64,000 bases of DNA. It comes from Adineta vaga (taxonomy: Eukaryota > Animalia > Rotifera). Made by a program: the position numbers and the translations under genes. Of this stretch, positions 12,702 to 25,100 are shown one piece after another. The stretch is taken from positions 6,634,001 to 6,698,000 of the forward strand of contig CP075493.1 in NCBI GenBank assembly GCA_021613535.1, written 5' to 3'. Position 1 is the first letter of the stretch. Every line of letters begins with the position of its first letter. Under the pieces are notes generated by a model, which was not told the DNA's origin, searched no databases, and was given only the letters and a program-made list of their open reading frames with translations.

Positions 12702-15700
12702 CTTTCCATGAAAATCATAGAATAAGCAAAACTTCCAAATCCACGGTTGTAGTTCATAGAAGAAAATTAATGACATGTATTAATATGAGCTCTTTTCAAC
12801 TTGCTAAATTGTAGTTCGAAAGTCATATTAAATTCAAAACGAATGATCAATTATACTTCGAATGAACCTTGATTAATATACTATATAATGAGCTAATGAA
12901 TTACCTTTCTCTTTTATCATTTATTAAGATGAATCAGTTGACTATGGTAACACTTCTGGTAAATCGCAGTTGTATTGAATGTGTTGTTAGTGGACATCAT
13001 AAAAAACATTTGATTAAACACACATTTTATCATATTAACAGTTAAATGCATGATTGAACGATTTTGATTGATATTTTATGCTTGCTATTTGCCATGATTA
13101 CGTCCAACAGCATTCTATGTATTTAACCATATGTTTTTATATTTAGATCGTTGAAAAATGGAAGATCAATACAGTACTATCTGTTCTGGTGAACTTCATA
13201 TGGATGAACCTGGTATAGATATAGATGCACTTATTTGGAATCGTTTATTCATTTGCATTCCAGATACAGGTAACAACCAGATGAATTATAATAAAAGAGG
13301 ATGTACAATAGATAAAGCATATCATTCAAGAAATAAGTGTCTTGTATATGAGATATTGTATATTTCGAAGACAAATTATTTAAACGAAGCGTGATTGAAC
13401 CGTTACGACAGAGTTAATCATATACTAGATGACAATCGAGAAAAACATGGATTAAATTTCAGTCATTTTTCGTATAAAGATGCGCTGCAATAGTAAGAAA
13501 ATATTGAATGTTACAAGGCGTCTAGTTTTGGTAAGAATTAAAATGTAATCAGGATAAGAATGTAAGTATGTGACTATTACAATACGACATAAGTGATGAC
13601 CAATGTTTCACTTACATCTAGACGTAAGTATATTCGCTCGGCAGAAGCAATAAATCATAATTTACAATGATAACTCATACACAGGTAAAATAAATATTTC
13701 AACTCAAGCGAAATTCAATTGCGTATAAAATTCCCTCAACCACACTTGGTCGAAAACGCTGAAAAACGAAATAATAAAAAGGAAAATGTGGAAAAACGAT
13801 AAAGAAAACTTCCATGTATGGATAATTTTTATCTTCTTGAACATACTTCTTACCTATAGATTGCTTTCCGACGTTTTCCAACAAGTCCCTTAATTTCAGT
13901 ATCGACTTGATCTTCATTAGACAAACTAGTGAATAATAAGAGACAAAATAATTTTTATTTTGATTGAATTCAATAAAACTTTAGAAATGAAAATACTTTT
14001 ACATTGCAAATCAGGTTTCCTCGCGTTCAAGTCTAATGTGAAGGTCATAATCGACAAAAAAGTCATTTCCTGAAAAGCGGTGTAGGTCCCTCAGCTTCGC
14101 TCATATAGCAGTGTAAAATTCTATCGTCAAATAAACTAGTGTTCTGCTTTTCGTTGAAAATACAGATAAAGTGAAAATAACCTCATTCTTGTGGCTATAC
14201 ATACTCATAAGTGAAAACGAATTAATAAATACTTTTTGTACGATAGGTTTTGGTAATGGAACTGATCATATCGGCGCTTCATTTCCTGGTAGGTCCTTGA
14301 GAATGAACTGTTTTATCATATTTTGTCATTAGATTACAATGCTTTACCAGTCATACCAGCTGCTATGATCGTGACGATGATGATGATGTTCAGATTGGTG
14401 TGCAAGCGTCGGATGAAAGTAAGTGGAAGAAGATTTTTATTGGTAGGCATTGAGAAACGGTTTTCGTATTCGTTACGTGGAAAAGAAATGAGAACACGAC
14501 ATGCCATATTTTTTGCTGGCAGGTCATACTTCCGTATTGGTCAGTTTTTTTCAATATCCTTAAGGCTTCCATCTGTATACTATTTCTATACTGCACATCG
14601 TCTATTCGAGTTTCATATAAACTCCATAAAGATCTTGATGATTTTATATAAATCATCTGTATGTTAATTTAAAGTAGAGAAAAAGATTAAGAAAAGAGGT
14701 TTCAAAGGCAAAATAATCGTAAAAACATAAACCGAATGCGCTTATTGATAAACGATTATGACAATACAGTTCAAGATAAAGAATATAAAATAACTAAATT
14801 ACGACTACTTTTATCAAAATCTCAGTTCAACTATGCTGAATTTAAAAATTGTTTAATTAGACGCAATTGAATAAGGTAGTTTTGAAGTATTCTGACTTAT
14901 TGGATACTAAACTGTCTTATACAAAAAAAGAACTACATAAGACTGACAGTCTGTTTTAATAATTAATTCTGTTGTCGCAACTGGGAAAATTCTCTGGGGA
15001 AAATACTTTTGCAATTTTTTTGTTCTTATGAAGCTTTTGAATTTCTTTCGAACAAACAAGCGACAAACTAATAAGACGACTAAAAAACATCACGGAAAAA
15101 TTCCTCGCTCTGTTTTGCTGTTCCTTATGTTCAAAAGAGACGACTGTAAAACACACACACACCTATGTTTGTCGTCAAAGCGATGAACGTCTATGATTTT
15201 CGGTCGAAACTATACGCGTAACTACATTTTCTCGCATGCTTATGTTTATAATTAGTATGAATTCATTGAATAGTCTGAGTAAACAAGACCAATTGTCACT
15301 GAGTTGTATTTTTTTTTGCAAGATATCTATGATATAACGTCAAGAAAAATTAAACTCATTGAAATATAGTTAGACGATCTATTTTTCGAGATTCTACAAA
15401 TCAAATGTATTTAATCGTCAGAAAAATTTACAATTCCATTCGATTCATATTAATACGCCAGTTTACATTTCTATACTCACATCTGGTGTTGCGAATGCCA
15501 TCAGAAAGAAACTGAAAAGATTCATTATTTTAGTGATTTGAAAGATATTAATGAATGAAAAAGAATGGTCTTTGTACTCAATATGATGCCAAAAAACGAA
15601 TAGCTAGAGGAATCAAATAAACTTGAAAATAACTTATTGACATTTTAAAATAAAACAATCCATAATGGTTTTTCGTAAAACTTTAGCGAGGACTAGCTAA

Positions 15701-17529
15701 TAAACTAAATGATAATTGATAATCTCTTAGTCTAGTTCACTTCCGCCTAGAGCTGTAATCAGTTCGCTGCGTTGTTTTATGACCACATCAATTTTTATTA
15801 GTAGTTTCTTTCAGAACTGTAGCTGATAAAGTATTCTCCGTTTATCAGAGATTTAAAAACAAATTTTTCCAATGAAAGGAAAACGAATGAGAAAAAATAA
15901 TGACTGAATTTCAATTCGAAGAGGTTATTTACTGCTTTTTAATGATCAAAGTAACTGTTCTATCCATTTGTAGAAAATTAGTTTTTCAGTATTTCTGTGA
16001 ACAGAGAATTAAAATACATTAAAATAAACGCTTTGAATTCTTTTTGTCTAAGAGAAAAGATTTTTCTATTATACTAACACATAAATTGTCACGTGTATTT
16101 TCTTTTCTTTCCTCTATAAAGTAGAAAAATAGAATAACTAAGTTATCCTCTCAGTCTTTACGTTCTGTCTAGCATAGTAGAAGATACAAAACTAGCCGTG
16201 ATCATTGAAATCGACTAAAATGTCAGTTGTTTTCTAGTTTTTCATTCCACTAATGAATACTCTCTGTTACAAAAAAAATTAATTTGTGCTCTCACTAATT
16301 TATCGACTTTAATGTTTATATTCATGAATACTCGATAATTACTAGAATTGACTTTCCATAGATCAAATTTTAGAGGTCAGCTCTATCTTGAAATTGAAAA
16401 GAATTTGCAATTTTATTATTTTTCATACAATAAATGAAATATTCTCATTCATATTATAATTATGTCGAAGCAGGTGAGTTGCTGTGAAATTCTTTAAAAT
16501 ACTAATGTCATATTGGCAAAGCTATTCATAGTAACTAACCAACATAATCTTAGAAATTTGTCAAAATATATAATGTCGCCTATTCTTTCTCTGTTTCAGT
16601 GGACATTGGGTTTATCATTGTAGCGTAATTAGTTTAAACAAACTGGTGTGTTTCAAAAGCATTTATCTTATCGACAATCCTAAAACGCACGCAATCTCAT
16701 TTATTCAAGCTTTTCTTTTAACTACTGTAGTGTTGTATATCTCTACTTCATTCACTTGTTTTCTTATATTATATTCTCGCTTTTATTCTATTATTCAATG
16801 CTTCTAATAAAAAATAAACACCAGTTCAATTACCTACATTTAGATTTTTGATGTTTCAGAAGGTGCAATGCTAGGTATGTTTGTAAGTATAATCACAAAA
16901 TAAAATAACATCTTCGCCTATATGTATTGTCGGGATCAGATAGAGAGATTACTCTTATTACCGTTTGGATATAAGTCTCAGTAGGAGTTACTGAATTTAA
17001 TAAGTACATGGAGCAAATTCTTTCAAATATAAATGTTATAACAGAAAGATGAAATGGGTATATTCTTACTCAAACGAAGCTTCTAATGACAAGAAACCAA
17101 CGCAAACTTCTCTTTTAATAAAGCTATTCGAAAAATCTGAATAATAGTGTTGATTTACAATTGACGATGCAAACTATCAACAGTTTTATTTGGACAAAGT
17201 TCGATAACACTAAAATGACTTTGTTTACTTTTTTTAGATTGTGATGTAACCATCATGAAAATAATACAGAGATAAATGATACAAGATAAAAAGTAGATTT
17301 TCTTGTAATATTTAACAAATAAATCAGAAATAATTTCGGCAACGTCCTATTTTAATAAAAAAGATATATGTTCTGTCCATCGTTTCTGGTAGGTCAGTGA
17401 TTATTAACATAAAACTCAGCACAAAATGTAATATGTATATATCTGAGAAATAACTGCTGAAACGAATTATAATCTATCAAAATCAGAAAATGTATTAATG
17501 CATGATGATTGTGAGTATCTTCATGTCGA

Positions 17530-18080
17530 TCATTAGACGATACAATTTTATTTGGATCTTATGATACGAAAATTCATCTATGGAGTAACCAAGGTGAATA
17601 TATTACAAGTCTTCGATGACATACTGGTCCTGTTCGATCTCTTGTTTTTTATTCATTCCTAATATAAATATTATTAATTTTCAATTAAAAGGAATGTTCT
17701 GTAACAATCAATGCTCATAATGAGAATGGTTCATCGATAGAAACATCCATGACAAAGCTGTTCTATCACTTGATATATCGTCAGTCAATGAGTATATAGC
17801 TTTACTGATCGATTTATCCATCTTTATGATAAACGGTTCAAAATTAATTTTCTTTTGAAGAGAAATTTTATTTAAATAAAATGATTTCTTTCATTTTCTA
17901 GAAGGATATGTACTTTGTTTGTTTCTGGTTCATACGATTCATTAGTTAAATTATGGCATACTCGATCATTAAAAGCTCTCCTTTATGATTTATAAGGGCA
18001 TGAACATCTTGTTTTGTGTGTTGATTGGGCAGTTAATCAATGGATTCTGTTTGGTGATACAGATAATTCATCGAAAATTG
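17530..18080 (+). pseudogene. Decayed WDR12/Ytm1 copy
   Basis: Fragments KAVLSLDIS...TDRFIHLYD and [36 protein letters not shown]...DTDN match the WDR12 C-terminal WD40 repeats; in-frame TAA at 17993-17995 plus other disruptions. Confidence 0.75.
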
Positions 18081-19090
18081 TTTTTATCATCTCTGAAAAT
18101 AAATAAAAGAAACGGTTGTACTATTATATTATTATCAGTTTTGAGGAAAGATTGAGAATGAAGTTCATTTCAATGATCAGAGATTGTCATTGCATATTGT
18201 AATGAACTATGCTTTAATTAATTGAGAAATATCGAACGAAAACCTTGTTGTGTGCCATTACTTTTTAGGTTATCGAGATGATGAGTTGCTGATTGATTCG
18301 TTTGGAAAAAGAAGTATTCAACTGTCAAGCAAGTTAACTGAATCCATCAAATATTCAATGGATGTGTGTTATATGAATGAGATATTGACAGAATAATATA
18401 TTGTCAAATGATTTCGTTCCTTTCTTTGAATTTTATTAGCTAATGCGAATAGAAGAGTAGACAAGACAGAAGAAAGAAATACAAAGATATATAGTATATG
18501 TATGTATCATTCGTAGTTAACTTAGATTAGATGGCGATAGATTATGCGATTTGTACGAATAAATAAACTGATTTGCTCTTTTTTGTTTTGTTTTCCTAAT
18601 AGTATATTGATAGGCCGTCCGTCTGTTCTGTTTCAATAGAAGCATTGTCTTTTGATCGTTTCATTCATTGAAGAATATCTTCAGACAGTAGGTGATTTGC
18701 ATATATAAATGAGAATATGTATTCTATTATTTTCAGATAAACATGGAATACAGTGCTTCATTTATGACCAGTCAGTTCATAAACTTTGAAATGCATTTAA
18801 AAAACAATAATAACAATGGTGCTCTAGAGGTATACATAGATTGATATAATAAATTATCGACTCTATTCAATCTCTTCTAAGCACTTAATAATATTTTTGA
18901 ATATTTGCAACAGCAAATTGATGAAAACGGTATTTATTGATAAACAACAGCTTGTCCATTTCGTTACCAAACGTCTCATTACCAATTGCGAAGACAAAAA
19001 AAACAAAATTAATATAATATCATGTGAAACAAATTCTAACTAATTATCAAACACGCTACTGTACTTTCAGGTGCAATAAATTATTTAAAA

Positions 19091-19242
19091 CCAGAGATGG
19101 ACAACTCCACTCCAATGTTTCTAATGCCAACTACAACTGCACACCAAATTAAAAAGTTCAAATCCACAGCAGATTAAAAAATTTAACTCCGACTCCGGTT
19201 AAAAAATTCGTCACCTCCTGAGTTGGATTTGCCCATCTCTGG
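19091..19242. mobile_element. 152-bp MITE with hAT-like TIRs
   Basis: CCAGAGATGGACAA ... TTGCCCATCTCTGG (13/14 inverted match); internal ACTCC repeats; no target duplication found. Confidence 0.65.
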
Positions 19243-19335
19243 ACATAAGTTAGAATATCATAGAAAATTCGATTTGGAAATTCAATTTTGCATACAAGAT
19301 TTTTCTCTTTTGTGTTTATTATTTTCTTGTTTGTT

Positions 19336-19417
19336 CCCCCGGACGATGTTTTCCGGCTACGGAACCTGCCGGGATGTTCTGGTTCCGGCGGGATCCGGCT
19401 CGGATTTTTCGACCTGG
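19336..19417. repeat. GC-rich CCGG-dense fragment, probable end of an interspersed repeat
   Basis: ~80 bp with several CCGG sites in a strongly AT-rich background, ending TTTTCGACCTGG; no partner end in the window. Confidence 0.4.
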
Positions 19418-19811
19418 ATATGTATGTATATTCCTTGATTCAATATATATTTAATCAAAGAAATTAAAGCTGATTTAAGAACCATATAGAGTAAAGTGGA
19501 CTCTATGGTCTTTTTGAATTCTTTCTGAATTCAAAATCACAAGCCATAAGCATTTTTTTCCACACAACCCTGGGTATAGGGGTCTAAAACAAACAATTGG
19601 TTCTATTCAATGACCGACAGTCATTGTTATATATCCAGATGGTGCGACACACAATTGTTCACATTATTTTTCACGATTCTTATCATTTCACTTGACCATG
19701 ACCAGACATAAATCCAGTACTGTGTTCATAGACTCGCCTTAATTCATCACTAGTGATGAAAAATCTGTATACCCAGTTAGATACTTTCACCTTAGTCAAT
19801 TTGAAAGACTC

Positions 19812-20027
19812 AGGGTATAAGGGTCTAAAGGGTATAAGGGTGTAAGGGTATAAGGGTCTAAAGGGTGTATAAGGGTCTAAAGGGTATAAGGGTGTAAGGG
19901 TCATAAGGGTGTAAGGGTATAAGGGTCATAAGGGTCTAAAGGCTCTAAAGGTCTAAAGGGTATAAGAGTATAAGACCCTTACACCCTTATACACTTACAC
20001 CGTTATACCCTTAGACCCTTTAGACCC
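19812..20027. repeat. Degenerate (AAGGGT-N2-4) tandem array followed by its reverse complement
   Basis: About 19 units GGGTATAA/GGGTCTAAA/GGGTGTAA/GGGTCATAA to ~19973, then about 6 inverted units (ACCCTTACACCCTTAT...ACCCTTTAGACCC). Confidence 0.95.
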
Positions 20028-20479
20028 AAAGTTATGACGACTTCCGAAGTTATGAAGGACGAAGGTATACATGTGTATATGTATATAAATATGAAGATTC
20101 GAAGACTCATGATTTCAATCGGAAATGATATCTGTTTCTTCTTTTCTTAATTCAGAAAGAATTCAAATAGACCATTGTATGGTAAAGTGAGAAGAATTTC
20201 TTTTGGCTTTCGAAACAAAATGTTTCATTTACTTTTTTATGTTCATCTAACATCGATAATCTTGATTTTAAATATCCATTCGCTAATAGACGACAAAATC
20301 GAGTTTTTCGAATTGTTAAAGCTTTAGCTGTAGTACAGAATTGCTTATGTGTAGTTGCTAAAACTGTATCATATATTCATGAACGTAATTATCCTATTGC
20401 TTTCGTTTCATGTTGTTCTCCAGCTATGAAATATTCAATGTGTAAGAAAATAATATCAAATTTAATAATATTTTGAATA

Positions 20480-20930
20480 TACTTACGAGGAAGAACAAGC
20501 AAACATTTCATTTTTACATATGAAGAATATTAAGCAGCAAAGATGGCAACAAAAGATCCATTCATAGAAGTTTCTAACAAACACATAGATTTAATCATAT
20601 CTAATTAATCAAAGAACTAATAACAGATATTTTCATTCTTTAAATCAAAATCCTATGGAACTTATTTGAGAATATCTACAATATCCTGTAATTAAAGTCA
20701 AAAATAGCTTCTATAGATAATATATATATATATTAACAAGCTTTAATTATATTTAACCATGCATATTTCTCAGATGAGAAATCATGAATAAATATCATAC
20801 TTGGTTCATTTCGAACTTTAGATCCTTTCTTAAAATAACAAAATGTCGTCGTTTTATGATTATTTTCATTGTCAATTGTTAAACAATGGTATTCCCTACC
20901 TAAAATATTGTTTGATAAATTTCTTCGACC
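20480..20930 (-). pseudogene. Decayed ABHD6-like alpha/beta hydrolase
   Basis: TFCYFKKGSKVRNEPSMIFIHDFSSEKYAWLNIIK (cf. FCYS.RG...PSILMLHGFS..KDMW) and CLLETSMNGSFVAIFAA*YSSYV (cf. GTSMGGQVAGVYAAYYP); nucleophile-elbow glycines lost, in-frame stop. May extend to ~20170. Confidence 0.7.
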
Positions 20931-21221
20931 TAAATAATAAAATACTAACGTTATTTTATATGTAAATTATCTAAATTAATTTCTTCAACATGGAATAGAT
21001 TATATGCTATTGGTGAAGGTCCAGATGCGTACGTTTTCGTTATTAATAAAGGAAATTCTATTTTTGGGATATAATTCTTGTTTATTTTCATTAAACAATG
21101 ACGTATCATAGAAACAATAATTTATTTTTTCAATTAATAACAAAAAATATTGATTCAACTAACAATCTGATAAATTCATACACCAATGTCTCGTTAAAAA
21201 TTTCAAAATTCGAATGATAAT

Positions 21222-22136
21222 TCATTTCAGTACAATTATACGATGATGTGTAGACTTATTTTGTGCATGACATCTAAATAAATATCGAAATGTTGACTGA
21301 AGAATTTTATTCACTTGATGATAAAATATAAAATTTGTTAGCATAGATAGTGCAGTTGCAAATGAAGTGCCAAAGAAACTCAGATGAAGTGCATAAGCTG
21401 GTGCTTGCCATTGTTTACCACTCATTATAGTACGAAAAAAGAATACAAAATAAATCAATCCCACACTCATTAATAAAAGAACGGGAATCGATAGACGAAA
21501 TAGAACACGTCGTTCTTTAAGAATCCTTCTCTTCGTCTTATAAGGTGACCGACCAACAACAGTCATATGAGATATATATCGAAGAATCCATAAAGAAATA
21601 ATCGTTTGAAGAAGTAATGGTATAAAATAAAAACAAATCGATGGATAGAGAACGCCGAATAGATCATTTAAAGCAATATAACATGCGTGTGCATCTGGGT
21701 AATAAGGAAATCTCTTGCCAAATAACAAAGGTAATAAACCTATTGAACAAAGAGAAAAAGAAAATAAGGATAAAAATAAGAATAAGTATCGATTTTGATT
21801 ATGTCGATATTGAACAAAAACAGTCGAACATAATCGATGTAAACTTTGTAATAAAGTTGTTTGAAATATATATAAACCACCAACAGTCATAAAATAACTT
21901 CGATATGAACATAATGCATCTTCGGGAGAATTTTTCAACATATGAATTGATTGATTGATCATTGAAATACAAATAATTGATCCGCCAATATTTAAATTGA
22001 TAGCAAGAAGTAAAGACAGATTTTGACGAAGTGAACGATGAATAATTACAATCGATATAAATATCATACTACTCAATAAACCAATTGAACTACAGAGAAA
22101 AATTAATAATCCTAACAGAATTCTCCAAGTGAACAT
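21222..22136 (-). CDS. Intronless rhodopsin-like (class A) 7TM receptor
   Basis: 304 aa with seven hydrophobic segments, Cys at top of TM3 (LCSYRSY), DRY-like SLHRL, ECL2 Cys (HACYI), TM5 Pro (YFIP). Confidence 0.85.
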   Translation of the reverse strand: MFTWRILLGLLIFLCSSIGLLSSMIFISIVIIHRSLRQNLSLLLAINLNIGGSIICISMINQSIHMLKNSPEDALCSYRSYFMTVGGLYIFQTTLLQSLHRLCSTVFVQYRHNQNRYLFLFLSLFSFSLCSIGLLPLLFGKRFPYYPDAHACYIALNDLFGVLYPSICFYFIPLLLQTIISLWILRYISHMTVVGRSPYKTKRRILKERRVLFRLSIPVLLLMSVGLIYFVFFFRTIMSGKQWQAPAYALHLSFFGTSFATALSMLTNFIFYHQVNKILQSTFRYLFRCHAQNKSTHHRIIVLK

Positions 22137-25100
22137 TGGTTTCTATATATATGTTACTAAATGGAAAGGAGTATGTGTCATCAAAAAAACGTCTTTATGA
22201 GCAGGTTTTCCCGTTCTATGCCAACTCATTAAAAGACTCTTTTCTTTCCATGAATAATATTGTCAATGTATAATCAACTTCAATTATCTAGTAACTGACA
22301 TTCCTATTAATCTTCTCATGTTCTTTGATCTTTTCTCCATGGTTAATTTAAAATGCATCATTAAAAAATGTAAAAATCGTTTAACTGCACTGAAAGTCCC
22401 AAAAATGGGAGAGATTCTGGAAAGAAGTAGTTAGGATTGACACGTCCTGTGCAATTATGTGTGTCTATTTTCTATTTTAACTTTATTCTTTAACATGTGT
22501 GTTCATGTTTAATTGCTTTAGACTTCAAACAATCGTCTATAAAACAGAGGATGTTAATGATAATTATTTAATAAAACTTCCTAACAACGTGATATTTTCA
22601 TTATTTTGTTCCAGATTTGAATTGTTGTTTGATCTATTTATCTCTTTCGAGGCCGAGTTATTTTAATCAAAAATTAGTCATTTTTTAACTTCAGAAATGG
22701 TTCCGTTTTTAATCCACTTGAATCGTATTTTCGTATCAGTCACCATCTTCGTAGCAATCGCGGAGAGCTATGTGCATAACGATAACAAGACTTTCCTTCC
22801 GAAGAGACACGAAAAAATCCTAATTCTCCGGCGTCATATAACATAAAATTTAATGACACTTTAATGCGTTGCCGATCCTGAAAGGACTAACCTCAAGAAC
22901 ATAGCCATCAATTTTAGCAAAATTTTCTTGTTTGTTATTTTTATAACACGTTTTGTATAATACAAAAACAAAAGTTTATTGGTACATCACACTAATGAAG
23001 CTATACAAACCTTTTGATTCAACTTCGTATAAATAAGTTGTATAATTAAATAATGAGCGTATTCGACCATATATCAAAATAAAAAAGGTCTACGATATCT
23101 GATTTTTTTATCTGATGCACATTTTTGTCAAAAAATTGTAGAGAACGAACATTAAATGACGTAGAAAAAATAATGATCGACCATGAGAAAGGCAATCTTC
23201 TTCTGTGACCGATTGGATCAGATGAGCAATCTTTGCTATGAAAAACAACATGGATCTTGTCCGTATTTATTTATTGATATTTCTTATTAGTCATGTTTTT
23301 CAGTTATTTATGTGCAATACAAATATTTTTACGTATGCCAGAGAATTAAATCACATATTTAAAGAATATCGGCAGAAAGAGAAAAGAGCAGAGCGGCACA
23401 ATTGAAGAGACAAGACGGTACCACCAACCCTCTCTACCATAAAAAAATTCAAACGTGTATTTTCTTCCCATGTTGGGTTGTGCTTTTCTCTGATTTCCAG
23501 AGAAAATGTGCTTTTGTTATATATATATTATCATTGTGATTTGTCATTTGCAAAGCTATTTTGGAAATTTCCTCCCGTTTTCAATACTACCTCCTCTGCT
23601 CTTATCTTTTCGCGCCGTTCTTGATAAAGAGAGAAAGAGAAAGAGAGAAAAGAATGCTCCAATGATATTCAATCATTGTGATTCATATCAGTACATGGTT
23701 TTATTGTTCATATTTCCTTGTCAATCGACGTTAGACAGACTTGGTTATCTTCTATAATACAGTAATTTTAGTGATATTAATATAGTATCGTTCTGTATTG
23801 ATAGGTTTGCGTGAATCACCGAAGGTGAGAGCAACGATGATTTTCGGAAGTAGATATATTGAAATAACTGAAGATTCATAAAAATCGATCCTCTAATTGC
23901 TTTTTTTCGAACTCGGATTTAAAATATTTTATTTTTTCATTATTCACGATTTTTAGCAGATTTCCGTCAGTATTTATAATAGTTTGTCTATTTTAATTTC
24001 AAAATTCGACTGTTCTTCATTCAAATTCTTTCTTTATAGAAAAAGTGTGACTCATTTTCACTTTTATTTTACCTTAAAACAACGAAAATAGTATAACTTT
24101 CAATTCATTAACGATGGCAACGATGTTGTAGTTTTGATTGTTTTCGCTCTTTCGTTTTCGATTGGTTTAATATTGCGCTGCATAACCAATGATATCGTCA
24201 ACTGATAGGAAGAAGAAAAAAATAATAATCATATGCATATGGGTTTTTTCACTTTGCAATAATATCAATTGTTTCTTTTATTTCTTCTAATTTAGATAAT
24301 AACTCAAATTTTAATCGTTGAGATCAAGAAGGACAAGTAAGTTATATCATCGTATGAATATGAACCATAATATTAATTATATATTTTTTCTATTTCTCGT
24401 GAATAGTACCACGCTATGAATGGTCACAATCCAGCTGGAGGTATAAACACGTTCAGTGTGATAGTTTTTAGTTTTTTTTGAAGTCGTTAGTTTTCTAAAA
24501 TAAAATATAAAGATATAAATAAAGTTAATCCTCTGTGTAGCTTCATAAGAGTGATGATAGAAAAAGTATTTTATAATTGTCAATTTTCGAGCACCGAAAA
24601 TTTCGGTTAATTTTTGTTACAAGACATTATATTATTTTCGCTAAAGATTTTAAATCGTCAAAGAGAGATATATAAACTTTCACTTATTGATAAACATCTA
24701 AACTAAGAGCCATGTGATTAAAATAAATCATAGTTATTTAAAATCTTAGACATATTTTTAGCAATTAATGAACTAGTTAAACGTATCATATTTCAGAACA
24801 CTTTTTTCTGTCCGACTTTCGTCAGACGAGTGAAGGTGAATATACATAGGCACCTACACATTTTTCACCCATCCTCCTCCCAAATGTGTTGCACGAGTAG
24901 GTTTTTTCCAACTGTATATTACTGTAGAAACTGATTTAAAAATCTAAGCAGGTTGACTAGTCTGTGAAATGAAAGAATATTATGATATATGCGTTTCTGA
25001 TCAGTGAAAATGTTGAAAAACCCGACTAACATGTTTTATGTTGGATTTTACTGAACAGAAACGTATTTTATTTCAAATGTCATAGCTTTCGTTTGGTTTG

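Noticed and set aside
13158-13394. 78-aa ORF MEDQYSTICSGE...
   Set aside because: Could be an exon relic but no family recognised.
13699-14667. Possible transposon coding fragments
   Set aside because: No RT, integrase or transposase motif identifiable.
18780-19080. Coding-like minus-strand fragment (...RRLVTKWTSCCL...)
   Set aside because: Interrupted by stops and not assignable to a family.
19683-19904. 73-aa Pro/Tyr-rich ORF (MTLTPLYPLDP...)
   Set aside because: Its first half is simply the translation of the G-rich tandem array.
19812-20027. Possible CRISPR array
   Set aside because: Units are 8-10 nt with no unique spacers; eukaryotic context, no cas genes.
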